The translations under genes and the position numbers were made by a program. A stretch of 64,000 bases of DNA from Diplonema japonicum (lineage: Eukaryota; Protista; Euglenozoa: Diplonemea): NCBI GenBank assembly GCA_964019335.1, contig OZ025714.1, positions 62,001-126,000 of the forward strand, written 5' to 3'. Positions 43,024 through 54,027 of the stretch are shown piece after piece. Under the pieces are notes generated by a model, which saw only the letters and a program-made list of their open reading frames with translations, was not told where the DNA came from and made no database searches. Position 1 is the first letter of the stretch. Each line of letters starts with the position of its first letter.

Positions 43024-44501
43024 TTACTGAGAGATTACAGGTGAATACAGTGGCAAACCGCCCATTATGCCCTGTAGACCCATCTGGCCCATTTGGAAAG
43101 GCATCCCACCTCCGATAATTGGATTGTTAGGAACTATGGTATGTTGTTGCTGTTGCTGCTGCGGGTGGCCGGTGTTTTGGGGCAGGTTGGTGCCAGGCAT
43201 GGTTTGCATCTGCGAAATCATGGACTGGAGTTGGTACACGTGGCGGTCCTCGCGCCGCTTTCGCTTCTCTTCTTCACTGTCAGCGAAACGAACCTTTTTT
43301 TTTCCTTCTTTTTTTTCCCCCCCTACACACCGTCAATGGACTGTGCCCCCCCACCATTGTGTGTGTTCCATTCAGCGCGTCGATTGCCCGCTCTGCGTAC
43401 TGCCTGTCGCCAAACCTCACGAAACCACAGCCTTTGCTCTGCCCGCCCTTTCTGACCAACGCCACCTCCGTAAGATCCCCAAAAGGGCTGAACAACCTCT
43501 TCAGGTCCTCCTCATTCGCTGCATACGGCACCTGGCCCACAAACAGCTTCCCGTCTTGCGTCTTGTCAAGCTCGCCTTCCGCGAATCTCACCTTTTTTTT
43601 TGATTTTTAAAAGGAAAAAACAAAAACACCTGCATCGGGCACTTCATGCCTGCCACTGTGATGACCCCGTTCAACTCCTGGATCGCACGCTGGGCCTGCT
43701 GCCTGTTCTCAAAGATCACGAAGGCCGCTCCTGTACCCTGCCCCGTCCTCTTGTCCGTCATGACGTGAAGCTCGGAGATGTTCCCGTAGTCGGCCATCAG
43801 GTTACGGACGTCCTCCCGAGTCATGTCTTTGGGAAGCTGTGAAAATGGTTTTTTTTTTTTGTTTTTGTTTTTTTCCCACTCTCCCTCTTTGTTCTACATA
43901 CCTGCCCGACAAAGAGTTTCCTCCCCCCGCACGGCGGGTACTTCTTGTCCTTCTTCCTGGGGCTCCCGTCGTCGTCCTCGCCCATTTGGTTGATGTTGTT
44001 GCTCTGCATGGGGGGCGCGGTGCTTGGGGACCATTGGGGGCTTCCTGTGCCACCGTGCATGGGGGGGTCGATCTGGTGCTGCTGCGGGTCCCATGCATTA
44101 ATGCCACCCAGCGGTGTGCCTGTGGCAGGCTGGTGGGGAACGAACCTGGACGGAGGCGGAGCTCCTTCGCTTGCGATATTCATGTTTGGGGGTGTCATGA
44201 CTGAGTGGGTAGGCGGGCTGGTTTGCTTAGGCGAGGCAGGCCCTGGCTTGCTTGCCCCTGCGTACCTTATCTGAAGCGAGTTGCTCTGCGGTGGGATGCT
44301 GTGCTTGTCGTGCAGCGTCGCGATGGCGTCTTCCGCAGCGCTCGCATCCTCAAAGACAACCCAGGCACTCCCCTTGCTCCTCCCCGTCGTCTTGTCCCTC
44401 ATGATGCTGATGTCTAATATCTCTCCAAACTGTCCGAAAATTGCGCTCAGCTGGTCCTCGCTGCATATCGCCGGTACCTGTCCCACAAATAGCTTCGCCA
44501 T
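43024..44501 (-). CDS. CELF/Bruno/FCA-like RNA-binding protein with three RRMs; exons 44501-43902, 43836-43630, 43591-43331 and 43293-43024
   Basis: Three KLFVGQ RNP2 motifs with SKGSAWV, GTGAAFV and SKGCGFV RNP1; introns of 65, 38 and 37 nt restore the frame; Q-rich tail. Confidence 0.88.
43294..43330 (-). other. 37-nt intron, purine-only after the donor, with AAG acceptor
   Basis: Removal gives SPLT|VRFAD, the conserved end of a CELF-type RRM. Confidence 0.85.
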
Positions 44502-44667
44502 TTTTCTTTTTCTTTCTTTTTTTTTTTTTTTTTTTCCCCTCTCTCTTTATTTTTTTTTTCTTATTTTATTCTACCCGATGGAAGAAAAAAAAGAAGGGGG
44601 GGGTAAGCATCGTTTGGTTTTTCCTTTTTTTTTTTGCAATTCTATTTTTTTTTTTTTTTTTTTTTTT

Positions 44668-45624
44668 TTACAAAGACATGGACTGGGCCCTCACTCTCTG
44701 GCTTTTTCTATCATCATCAAAGATGCTCAGTTGCTCAAGAAGCAGTTTTTCATTACTAGGCGAAGGGGAGGTGACGGTAGAGGGGAGTACAATTAAAGGG
44801 TTATACGGCACCGGGTTAGGCACAAGCAATGCAGTCGGTTCATAGGAGGGAGTCTCTGCCAGGTCAGAGGCAAGGCGTAGGTGGCGCTGCTCTAGAGACT
44901 CAAGTGGGAGGCACGCCTCGGAAGAGTCAGGTGGATGAGGAGATGAAAACGTCGGCGCATGATGGTGAAGACCCCAAGTTTCGGTTCCGTCACAAAATGT
45001 GCACCCTTCAGGGTGATAGTTAACATCAAGCTTCTTCACCTTTTCAGCTAGCCGATCACGCTCCCTAATAACCTCTTCTAGTGATTCATTTCGTTCCTTT
45101 GCAGCAAAGGAGAGGTTTTTGTTCCCCGCCTCTACCTTTATCGGCTCGTACCCTTCTCTATCAACTACCTGTTCTGTGGCCTCATCTTCCTCAGGAATCT
45201 CTGTTGAGATGGGTAAAGGTATGCGATCGTCCTTGGCAGGGAGGCATATCAAGACCTCGAAGTAGGCTTTGCCTTTGGTGTTTTTTAGAATGTCTTTCCC
45301 GCTGCTCACTGGTTTTCCGTTAACTTGCATGATTTTCGTGCCTTTTTTGATCCCGGCTCGTTTGAAGGGTCCTTGCCCGACCTTGGCTACTTTTTGTTTT
45401 TTGTTCAGTTTTACCCCGAGTTTTTCGTTGATATCGTCGCGTTCCACGGTGATCTTCTTCAGGCGGGGGTGGTCGTCGGGGATGTCGTCTTGAAGCAGGC
45501 CGTCCTCTAGTCCTTCTGCTTGCCCCGCACCGTTCTTCTTCTTGCGCATCACCCAGCACAAGATCCCGACCAACACCAGCAGCACCACAGCTCCTGCTAT
45601 CGCCACCCATACCCACCATTCCAT
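44668..45624 (-). CDS. Single-pass membrane protein with PDZ-like domain
   Basis: N-terminal TM WVWVAIAGAVVLLVLVGILCWV; EKLGVKL...AGIKKGTKIMQVNGKPV PDZ signature. Confidence 0.75.
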   Translation of the reverse strand: MEWWVWVAIAGAVVLLVLVGILCWVMRKKKNGAGQAEGLEDGLLQDDIPDDHPRLKKITVERDDINEKLGVKLNKKQKVAKVGQGPFKRAGIKKGTKIMQVNGKPVSSGKDILKNTKGKAYFEVLICLPAKDDRIPLPISTEIPEEDEATEQVVDREGYEPIKVEAGNKNLSFAAKERNESLEEVIRERDRLAEKVKKLDVNYHPEGCTFCDGTETWGLHHHAPTFSSPHPPDSSEACLPLESLEQRHLRLASDLAETPSYEPTALLVPNPVPYNPLIVLPSTVTSPSPSNEKLLLEQLSIFDDDRKSQRVRAQSMSL

Positions 45625-46229
45625 GCGGTCTCTACACCGTCCGCCTACCCTCTCTCCCCCCTTTATTTTGTATTTGTACCGCATAGAAAAAAAGAAGAAA
45701 AAGAAGGGGGAGGGGAAGAAGATCGAAGCGGATTTTTAGGATAGTTTTTCTTCTTTCTTCTTTTTTTGTTCCGGTGTCTGCAAGGCAAAACCACACTTCT
45801 TCTTTTTTTGATTTTGCCAAGGAGTTGGTGCCGAACCCTCGAGTCTTTTTTTTTTCTTTTTTTTCCCCCCCAAGTGTATTGCCCTTCTTTTATATTTTTT
45901 TTGTTATCCTTTTTTTTGAAGGCATTCAATTATCCCCCCTCCCCCCCCCCCCCCCCCCACACACTACAGACCTACACCCCTATCTTCGCAAAAAAAAAAA
46001 AAAAAAGACAGGGGCTTTTATTTTACATAGGATTTACACCGGGCAAATATGCGATGGGGAGGAAGAAAAGAAAAGAAGAAAATGTTTTTTTTTTTTTTTT
46101 TTTTTTTCCCTTTGGGTCTTGTTTATGCAAACGATATGATAGGGGGGAGGGGGGGGGAGAGAAAATTAAAAAAAAAAGAGTCGGCTGATTGTTTATGAAA
46201 AAAAAAAAAAAAGAAAAAAAAAAAAACAT

Positions 46230-47174
46230 CTAAGCACACAACCGAAGTACTAAACTATAAAAATCCTCAGAACGGACATTCTTCGCAACCTTGCACAGCT
46301 TGGCATCAGGGTGCTCCTTTGCAACGGGAAGGGTACGGCCCTGCGAACCAAGATCTATGGCGACGTGCCTCTCCTCAATCTCGCAGATTGAAGGGTCAAC
46401 GAGGTAAGCCGCAGTAAGAGCATCCCACGCAAAGTACGTGTCGCCGTGTGTGTGCTCCTGGGCAGTGCAAAGCGCCCAGGCCGATCCAGCGAACTGAGAT
46501 AGGAAGGAATCATTCTGGTCACCAAACCTCGACACAAAAGCATGATCGATAGGAACAGAGTTGGTAGCGTCCAATGGGAAGAGGACAACAGGAATGTCAG
46601 ATTTGAAAACATCAGCTGCAGACTGTGGGTCCCAGTACAAGTTCCACTCAGCAGTTCCATCGTGGCCGTCCTGGCTCACGTTCCCCTTGACGTCTATAGC
46701 TCCTCCCATGACAACGATCTCCTCGATTTTTTCGGTAAGCTCAGGGTGGTTATTCACGATGTACGCGATGGTGGACAGAGGGCCCGTGACCACTATGGTA
46801 AGCTTGCTGGTCGTGGTGCGGAGGTAGTCGGCAAGCACTTTCTCGCCCGGTACTTTTGTTATCAGCTTCTTTGAGTTTTCGACGTTGGTTCTTCCTGTTA
46901 TGCAAGGCATGTCGTTGCAGTTGTGTGCGTGGCCTCTCCACTCCTTCGGGAATGGGTTCACTGCAGGAAGCGAGACACCTGCGACCACGACGTTCCCTTC
47001 CTTGTACCCCATCCTCGCCAGTACTTTTGCGGAACACTCCACCGCTGCCTCCACAAAACAGTCCCCATCGATAACCGTCACCCCCACCAGCTCCGAGTCT
47101 GCTATTTTGGTCGCGATCACCATCGCCATGAAATCATCCACACCACCGTCATGGTCCACCCATATTTTCTTCAT
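46230..47174 (-). CDS. Purine-specific (IAG-type) nucleoside hydrolase
   Basis: DHDGGVDD Ca-binding motif, TGPLST, MGGA, AEWNLYWDP, PLDAT and YFAWD (Trp pair diagnostic of IAG-NH). Confidence 0.93.
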   Translation of the reverse strand: MKKIWVDHDGGVDDFMAMVIATKIADSELVGVTVIDGDCFVEAAVECSAKVLARMGYKEGNVVVAGVSLPAVNPFPKEWRGHAHNCNDMPCITGRTNVENSKKLITKVPGEKVLADYLRTTTSKLTIVVTGPLSTIAYIVNNHPELTEKIEEIVVMGGAIDVKGNVSQDGHDGTAEWNLYWDPQSAADVFKSDIPVVLFPLDATNSVPIDHAFVSRFGDQNDSFLSQFAGSAWALCTAQEHTHGDTYFAWDALTAAYLVDPSICEIEERHVAIDLGSQGRTLPVAKEHPDAKLCKVAKNVRSEDFYSLVLRLCA

Positions 47175-47497
47175 TTTCTTTTGTGTGATTTGGGTGTAAC
47201 CTTTTTCTTTTTTTAGGGTTTATTATAAGGGAGGTAGTAAGGAAAAATGGGGGGGTATTATATATTCTTTTTAAATCTTGTGTTAATTCTGCCTTATAAA
47301 GAAGGAAAAATAAAAAGTAATAAAAACAAATAAAAACAAAACAAAAAAAAAAACACAAAATATAAAAAAAAAAAAAAAAAAAAAAAAGAAGAATTGGGGA
47401 GGAGATATACAATGTCACAGATTTCTTTTTTCTTTCTTTTAAAAAGGGAGGGGAGGGATGGATACAACTAAAAAAAAAACCCCCCTTTTCTTTTTTT

Positions 47498-48493
47498 TTA
47501 CGTGGTCAAACTGTATGTGCCAGGAGGGGGCATAACCCTTCGAGGTCCTGGCGCAACACGGTAGATCGCAGCAGGGGAGAGTGCCTGGACAAAAAAAACT
47601 TATTTAAAAAAAAAAAATAATAACAATACCTTCATCCGATCAAAAGGCGACTCAGGAGGGGGTGGAAGTACCCGACCCCTACCCGGACTAAAACCGGGCA
47701 TGGCGGAAGAGTAGACAGACCCTGAACCCATTACCCTGGAGTTATAGGTAGCATGCGGGGGAGAGGACTGTTGCCGCAGCCGATCGAGTTCAATCTCTCT
47801 TGAAACGAGAGCTGCTTCGGTCGCGGCGAGCCTCTGCTCCAAGGCGAAGACCCGTGTACGATCAGGAGGAGGGGAGGACTGCACGGACACTGTGTGAAAC
47901 AATTTCAGAGCATCTATTTCGTCCTTAAACTGTTTTGCAGCAAGATAATTCTCCGCACTCACAGCAGCAAGCTTCTGATGCTCCAACCGTTGAAGCTGAT
48001 CGACAAGAGGAGGAGTAGGGACATCGTACATAGCCCCTGTACGTATGGGTACAGGTGCAGGTGCAGGTGCAGGAGGTGGTGTAAAGCTAATTTGCCTTCC
48101 CCTCCCATAACCCACAGGTGAGCCACCAGCAGGTGTTAACGGTGATAACGGGTCGGCTTCTTTTATTATATCCCTTCGTGGGGACTTTGAAGCGCTAGCT
48201 TCGGTGAAGTGTAAGGTGATTGTTTCTTTTTGTGCAGCCGCTGCCTTGATGTCGCTCCCGTTGTAGATTTCACTGCCGTCTACCTTCGTCAACCTTTTCC
48301 CTATGTACAGTGCCAGTCCGGAGCGGGCTGCCGCGGACCCCGGTTCCACCCCTAGCAATATCATCCCGTTGGCTCCTTGGGAGAGCCTCAGGCCTATTAT
48401 CTCTCCTTCTTGCCGCCGAAGTAATATGTCCCATTCTTTTTCGTTGGTGTCTTGTTGGTTGGTGGGGGGCGCCGAGTCATACTCGTCGGGCAT
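47498..48493 (-). CDS. PDZ-like + UVR-motif + coiled-coil protein; exons 48493-47630 and 47584-47498
   Basis: IIGLRL...VEPGSAAARSGL..GKRLTKVDG PDZ; KLAAVSAENYLAAKQFKDEI UVR-like motif; 45-nt intron 47629-47585. Confidence 0.72.
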
Positions 48494-49196
48494 TTGACCT
48501 CCCCCCTCCTTTCTCCCCTCTCCCACCTTTTTTTTGTTTTGTTGTTGTGTCGTTTTTGTGGTTTTTTTTAGAACGGAGGGGGGGGGGGGGGGGAGGAAAA
48601 AAAAAGAAGAGGAACCGCCCTTTTTTTTTAATTTTTCTTTTTTATCTTGCGCTGATTTCTTTTTTTTTTTTTTTGAAACATGGGGGATCATTTTATCAAA
48701 AAAAAAAGAAGAATAAAAGAGAAGAAAAAAAACCCATTGACCTTCCTAGTAGCTTTTTTTTTTTTTTGTTTGTTTTTTTTTTTCCCCCTTTTAATAGGGA
48801 ATATGGAAGAAATGGTATTGTTGCAAAAAATAAAATAAAAATAAGGAACAATGCCCCCCCCCCCCCCCCCCCCCTTCCCCCATGGTATCAAGGGAGCCCC
48901 CTGGGTTTTTTTTCTTTGTCGCTACAAACAGTTCTTTTTTCTTAAAGGGGACATTTCAAATCCCCCCTCAAAAAAATCCTCATCAGAAGAAAAAAAAAAC
49001 CCTGAATAAAAAAAAAGATTCCCAGGAAAAGTTTAAAAAAAAATGCAAAGAACGCGCCAGTCAACGTTGAAACAAAATAAGAAGAAGAAGAAGAAGAAAG
49101 AAGAGGGGTTAAAGTACGGAAAGGAAAAGAGGGGCGGGTGGACCCTCGAAGGAACCCTTTTTTTTTTCGAACACGTTAAAACGATTATCACGAACT

Positions 49197-50825
49197 TCAC
49201 GCGTGGTCACCCTTCCACTTGTAGCCTTGTGCCCATGCACCGTCACTGTTGCCATCTCTTCTAACATCTTCCCATTCCACCTTTTGAGAGTTCACAAGCT
49301 CCATCAGGCTGCGGAGCTTTGTCTTCCAAGCCTGCTCACCATGAGTCTTCCTGAACTCGGCGATGAGTTCCCATGTAGCCTTACCCGTTCCCTCAGGAAG
49401 GCCGAGCAACGGTGTCCAGTGGTCGTACTCGCTGCACTGTGGGCAGGACGTGGGCCGTGTCTTGGGTGCGTCCTCCTTCTTGAAGGGCCCGTGGTTGTGC
49501 TGCACGATCCATGTGTCATCAATGACCCTGCCGTAGTCGGACAAGGGGAACAGCGTGGGATCCGTTTGCACCTGCTGCCAGTGGATGTGCGATGCGTTGT
49601 ACACCATCATCCTGGTGTATGAGAAGCTGTTCGACCTGAACGCCGACCAGCTAGGCTGCGGCTTTGTGAACGGCTCGTGCATCTCGTGGCTGCCCGCAGC
49701 GCCTGTCACCACGTAGATGGTCGCCTTGGGGTCCATGTTCGACTGGTCGCTCTTGCGGTCATGCGTGGGCCACGTCCTCTCGTAGTTGTGCTCGTGCCCG
49801 TTAATGAAGAAGTCCACACCGTAGTCGAACAGGATGGGCTCCATCGTGAGGCGGATCCACTCGGCACCCGCATCGCAGTCGCTGTCGCAGCTGCAGTAGA
49901 TGGAACGGTGCCCGTGCACCACGATCCATGGCACAGCGTCCCTGTTCTTGTTAGCCGCCTCCAGATCCTTCTTCACCCACTCCACGAATGTCTCGAGTGT
50001 GGTGCGGAAGTCGGTGACCCCAAACCACAGCTCAGTCGACATGGCGACGTAGTGCACAAGGCCGTGGTCCCACGAGAAGTAGAGGGAGTTGGTGGAGGCA
50101 CCGTTCTTGGTGTGGTACTGCACGGGGAGTGCATTGGAGGGCATGAGGCGGAACCGCTCGATGAAGTGTGCGATGTTGACCTCCGAGTCCTCGTGGTTGC
50201 CGTGGCTGATCATGTAGGGCACCTTGGCGGCGATCTGCTCGATGTTCCTGAAGAACTGGTCGCCAACAGTCCCGTTGTTGCTTCCGAGGTCGTAGGCAAA
50301 GTCGCCCACGTGGAGCACCTGGTCAGCGGTGGCTGTCTCGGAGATGAGCCCGACGTTGGTCTTGTTGGTGGCGCAGGTCTTGGCGTCACAGACGGCAGAG
50401 TGCTGTGTGCACGCAGGGCAGATGGTGAAGGCACACGCAGCACCCATGTCGCCCATGATGATGTGACGGTATGGGTCGCCCTCCTTCCTCAGCCTCCTGT
50501 TCATGATCGAGTTCACGGCGGAGAAGCCGTTCACGGAGTCGCCTACCCTGTAGAAGTACTCTGTGTTCGTCTTGAGCCCCACCATGGTCGCCATGTGGGT
50601 GTACCAGGTCCTGCCGGGGTCCACAATGAACTCCCTTGAGTTCCCTGTCGTCGACTCGTTCATCCTGTCCTTGTGCGACCCCCACTGGATGGTCACCACC
50701 CCCGCAGGGGTCTGTGTCACCCACTGCGCCGATATTTCATTTACGTTCTTGCCCCATGCAGTGTGCACCTGCTCGATAGGTGACACACTGATGGTGGCCG
50801 CCACCACTAGCGTTGCGAGATGCAT
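49197..50825 (-). CDS. Purple acid phosphatase (ACP7-like), secreted
   Basis: Signal peptide, FN3-like N-domain; GDMG, GDFAY, GNHE, VHGH and GHEH metal-binding motifs. Confidence 0.94.
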   Translation of the reverse strand: MHLATLVVAATISVSPIEQVHTAWGKNVNEISAQWVTQTPAGVVTIQWGSHKDRMNESTTGNSREFIVDPGRTWYTHMATMVGLKTNTEYFYRVGDSVNGFSAVNSIMNRRLRKEGDPYRHIIMGDMGAACAFTICPACTQHSAVCDAKTCATNKTNVGLISETATADQVLHVGDFAYDLGSNNGTVGDQFFRNIEQIAAKVPYMISHGNHEDSEVNIAHFIERFRLMPSNALPVQYHTKNGASTNSLYFSWDHGLVHYVAMSTELWFGVTDFRTTLETFVEWVKKDLEAANKNRDAVPWIVVHGHRSIYCSCDSDCDAGAEWIRLTMEPILFDYGVDFFINGHEHNYERTWPTHDRKSDQSNMDPKATIYVVTGAAGSHEMHEPFTKPQPSWSAFRSNSFSYTRMMVYNASHIHWQQVQTDPTLFPLSDYGRVIDDTWIVQHNHGPFKKEDAPKTRPTSCPQCSEYDHWTPLLGLPEGTGKATWELIAEFRKTHGEQAWKTKLRSLMELVNSQKVEWEDVRRDGNSDGAWAQGYKWKGDHA

Positions 50826-50934
50826 AGTCCTTGCCCTGTGTCGGTGATTTATACCAAAATGAAAACGAAAACAAAATAAGTTTTTCCTTTTTTTTTTTTT
50901 TTTGCTCTATGGGGTGGGAATAAAATACATGCAT

Positions 50935-53415
50935 CTAGTCACCATCTTTAGACTTCGATGAGCCGGATGAACTGCTGGAGCTGGAGCTGCTGGATGAGCT
51001 ACTAGAAGAGCTACTGCTGCTGCTGCTACTGCTGGCTTGGGGTTCTTCTTGTTCTTCTTCAACCTCTGGTTTGTAGAAGTTCCATGTGAAGGACCTGTTC
51101 TGGTCATCCACCTTGACGACAGGCTTGCTGCCAGCAGCACGCACAACGACACCAGGCTGCCACTCCTCACGCTCCGTATCGCGTACCATCACTCTGTCCC
51201 CTGTCAAGAAGGTCACGATGTCCTTGCTTCTGGGAGACTTCACACGCACCTTCTTCTCGCTTCCGTGCTCATCTGCTACGACCTTCAGGGCATCCTTACT
51301 TTGTTGCTCCTTTTTGCCTTCCTCTTCTTTTTCCTCTGCCTGTTTACTTGTGTTCTCTTCGTCTTTTTCTTCTTTCGCTTCTTTTGTCTCCGTTTCTTCC
51401 TGTTCTTTTTGCTCCTTCTCTTTCCTTTCACTCTCTTCTTTAAGCTGGCGTGATGTTTCTTCTTCTTCTTCTTCCTTTTCCCTTCGCGCTTTTTCTTCTC
51501 TCTTCTTTGCCTCTTCTTCAGCTTGTTTTTCCTTCAGTTCCTTTTCTTCCTTCGCACGCTGCTCCGCCTGCTCGCGATCAAGTTTGTCTTGCTTTGCTTC
51601 TTCCTCCTCTTCTTCTCTTTCTTTTCGCTCCTTCTCGTTTCGTTCTTTTTCCTCTCTCTCCTTTGCTTCTTCGACTTGTTTTTTCTTCAGTTCTTCTTCC
51701 TTCGCCTGTTTGTCGGCATTCTCGCGTCGTGCTCTTTCACTTTCTTCTTCCAGCAAGCGTGCTTTTTCTTCTTGTTCTTTTCGCGCCTTTTCCTCCTCCT
51801 CTTCCTTTTCTTTGTTGAGCTGGCGTGACTTTTCTTCGGCTTCTTCTTTTTCCTTTTGTTTTTTCTCTTCTCTCTCCTTTGCCTCTTCTTCGGCATGTTT
51901 TTCCTTCAGTTCTTTTTCCTCCTTCGCCTGTTGTTCCGCCCTCTCACGGTCAAGCCTTTCCTGCCGTGCTTTTTTCTCCTCTTCTTCCCGTTCCTTCTGC
52001 TCCTTCTCTTTTCGCTCTCTCTCCTTTGCTTCTTTTTCTTCTTCTTCTTCGGCTTGTTTTTTCTTCAATTCCTCCTCTTTCTTAAGCTGTTCCTCCTCTT
52101 TTTTTGAAGCTGCTTCTGCTTCTTCCTGTGAAACTGCGAGGAGCTCCCGTTGCACCTTCTCCTTGCGAGCTTGGTCAAGCGATGCTTCGGGGCTTTCGGA
52201 GGGGGCGATTGTGAAGGAAGCCCCAGACGACTCGAGAGGTGTCGGGGGCAGGGTCATGGAAGCAAGGGAAGGCGTCACGTCCAGGTCGGGCTTCACCATA
52301 TGAGGAAAGGTGCCTTGCCAGTCTTGTTCGATCTGCCGTCGGATCGCAAGTTCACCATGTACTACGGCGTTCTCAACAGGAAGGGTGGGGATAGGCGCAG
52401 GGGTCATATGGATAGTGGTGTCGATGACGGAACGTTGCGGGGATGGGGTTACGTTCAACAGAGCTTGAGTAAGGTTCATGTTTTGCTGGTACAGTGCTTG
52501 GAATGTGTACGCGGTGTCGGTCTGCCCGAGCTGTTGTTCGAGAACGGACGCGCCCAGAGCCGATGCGGGGACCCGTCGGCGCAGAACCTCCTCTCGTTTG
52601 GACACAGCGCGCTCCCTTGCAAGAATGAACTCCTCCGTCTCCCGCAACTCGGCTTCTTTTTGAGCAAGCTCGCGACGCTCGTCGATCAGTGCAAGCTGTA
52701 TGTCGTTTTGTGTAACCGGAGAAGCCTGCTTCGACACGTCTGTTGATTCCTTTACCTTCTCGAATATTTCTATGGCTTGCTTGGCCATGGATGTGATCAG
52801 CTTTGAGTTCACATCAAGAACTGAAGCAGCGGCAAGATTGTGTATATATTCCAATACAACGCTCAGCTGTGCTACGGGGTCGCCTTTCGGAACGGTGGCG
52901 GGGAGGTCAGGTGTGGCTGGGATACGCATGAAATACTTCTTCCCAGGTGTTGCCGTTTTCGACGATAAGGAATAAGGGTATTTTGACAAACGGATATCGA
53001 ATGTTGTTTCACATATTTTGGTGGCATTCGCATCAATGAAGCCCAGCGAATGCAGAGCTGGTTCCGAGGTGATGTCCACCATGGTGATGGCGGTCCCAAG
53101 AAGACCGCCCAGCTCCTTTCCAACGGCCCTTGGTGTGTGCATGTCGATGTTGACCCGTATGGGTACCAGTCTTGAGACTTCGCCTTGAGGGATCTCCACC
53201 ATCATCTCTCGTTCAGACCGTTTCTTGCCTGACTTGACCACGATGGGAGATGCGCTGTTCGTTGCTATCTTGAAGCAGGGCCTTCCCGTTGGCCGTTCCG
53301 TCACAACCCATTTAACCTCTTTCAGTTTTATCTTTAGTATATACCCCTCTAGACACACGCCTTCAGAAACTTCATTATTACTGTGGAAGATGCTTTCTTC
53401 AGTTACGTGGGCCAT
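50935..53415 (-). CDS. C2-like N-domain, E/K/R-rich helical region with internal duplication, SH3/Tudor-like C-domain, poly-Ser tail
   Basis: 826-aa ORF; two copies of EEELKKKQ...LDRE.AEQ.AKEEKELKEK.AEEEAK...SRQL; GDRVMVRD...WQPGVV...FTW domain. Confidence 0.75.
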   Translation of the reverse strand: MAHVTEESIFHSNNEVSEGVCLEGYILKIKLKEVKWVVTERPTGRPCFKIATNSASPIVVKSGKKRSEREMMVEIPQGEVSRLVPIRVNIDMHTPRAVGKELGGLLGTAITMVDITSEPALHSLGFIDANATKICETTFDIRLSKYPYSLSSKTATPGKKYFMRIPATPDLPATVPKGDPVAQLSVVLEYIHNLAAASVLDVNSKLITSMAKQAIEIFEKVKESTDVSKQASPVTQNDIQLALIDERRELAQKEAELRETEEFILARERAVSKREEVLRRRVPASALGASVLEQQLGQTDTAYTFQALYQQNMNLTQALLNVTPSPQRSVIDTTIHMTPAPIPTLPVENAVVHGELAIRRQIEQDWQGTFPHMVKPDLDVTPSLASMTLPPTPLESSGASFTIAPSESPEASLDQARKEKVQRELLAVSQEEAEAASKKEEEQLKKEEELKKKQAEEEEEKEAKERERKEKEQKEREEEEKKARQERLDRERAEQQAKEEKELKEKHAEEEAKEREEKKQKEKEEAEEKSRQLNKEKEEEEEKARKEQEEKARLLEEESERARRENADKQAKEEELKKKQVEEAKEREEKERNEKERKEREEEEEEAKQDKLDREQAEQRAKEEKELKEKQAEEEAKKREEKARREKEEEEEETSRQLKEESERKEKEQKEQEETETKEAKEEKDEENTSKQAEEKEEEGKKEQQSKDALKVVADEHGSEKKVRVKSPRSKDIVTFLTGDRVMVRDTEREEWQPGVVVRAAGSKPVVKVDDQNRSFTWNFYKPEVEEEQEEPQASSSSSSSSSSSSSSSSSSSSSSSGSSKSKDGD

Positions 53416-54027
53416 TTATTTTCTTTTTTTTTTTCTTTTTTCCCCGCTCCTCCCCCTCCCCCCTCTCTTGTGTTGTAATAACTTTTTTTTTTCTTTTGAT
53501 CGGGTTTTCAAAAAAAAAAATACAAAAAGGAATCAAGAAAAAAAAAAATAAAAAATGGAAAAAAAAAAGTGTTGGATTTTTTTTTTTTTTTCTTTCTTTT
53601 TTTCCCGGTTTATTTTAGGTACTTGGGGCGGATGGGGGAAACATAGAGACAGCAGAAAAGTACATTGAAGGGGATAGAGAGTTAAAGGGAAAACCGAATG
53701 TCCGCTAAGTAAAACTTTACATAGAGGTTGTTACAATAAGAAATAAGGGCGGATGAAGGGGGGAGGGGAAGGCGCGAAAATGTATTGCCTTTCTTTTTTA
53801 CTTTGCTGCTTGATTTCTTTTTTCCTGTTCTCCCGGAGTTTTAAAAAAAAAAGAAAGAAAGAAAAAAAAAAGGAGAGAAAAACACTGATAAGTTGTTAAC
53901 TTCTTCCTGTTCTCACCCCCCCCCCCCCCCCCCACCCCCCTGTTTGTCTCAAACAACAACAACAAAAAACAAAAACACTTTTTTTTTTGATTGAAAAACT
54001 TTTTTCCCTTGAAATTCTTAACCTATC

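Noticed and set aside
51086-52303. Long plus-strand ORFs (e.g. 51086-52303, 55409-56374, 32945-33955, 49677-50639, 4074-4898)
   Set aside because: Antisense shadows of GC-rich or repetitive minus-strand genes; no motifs of their own.
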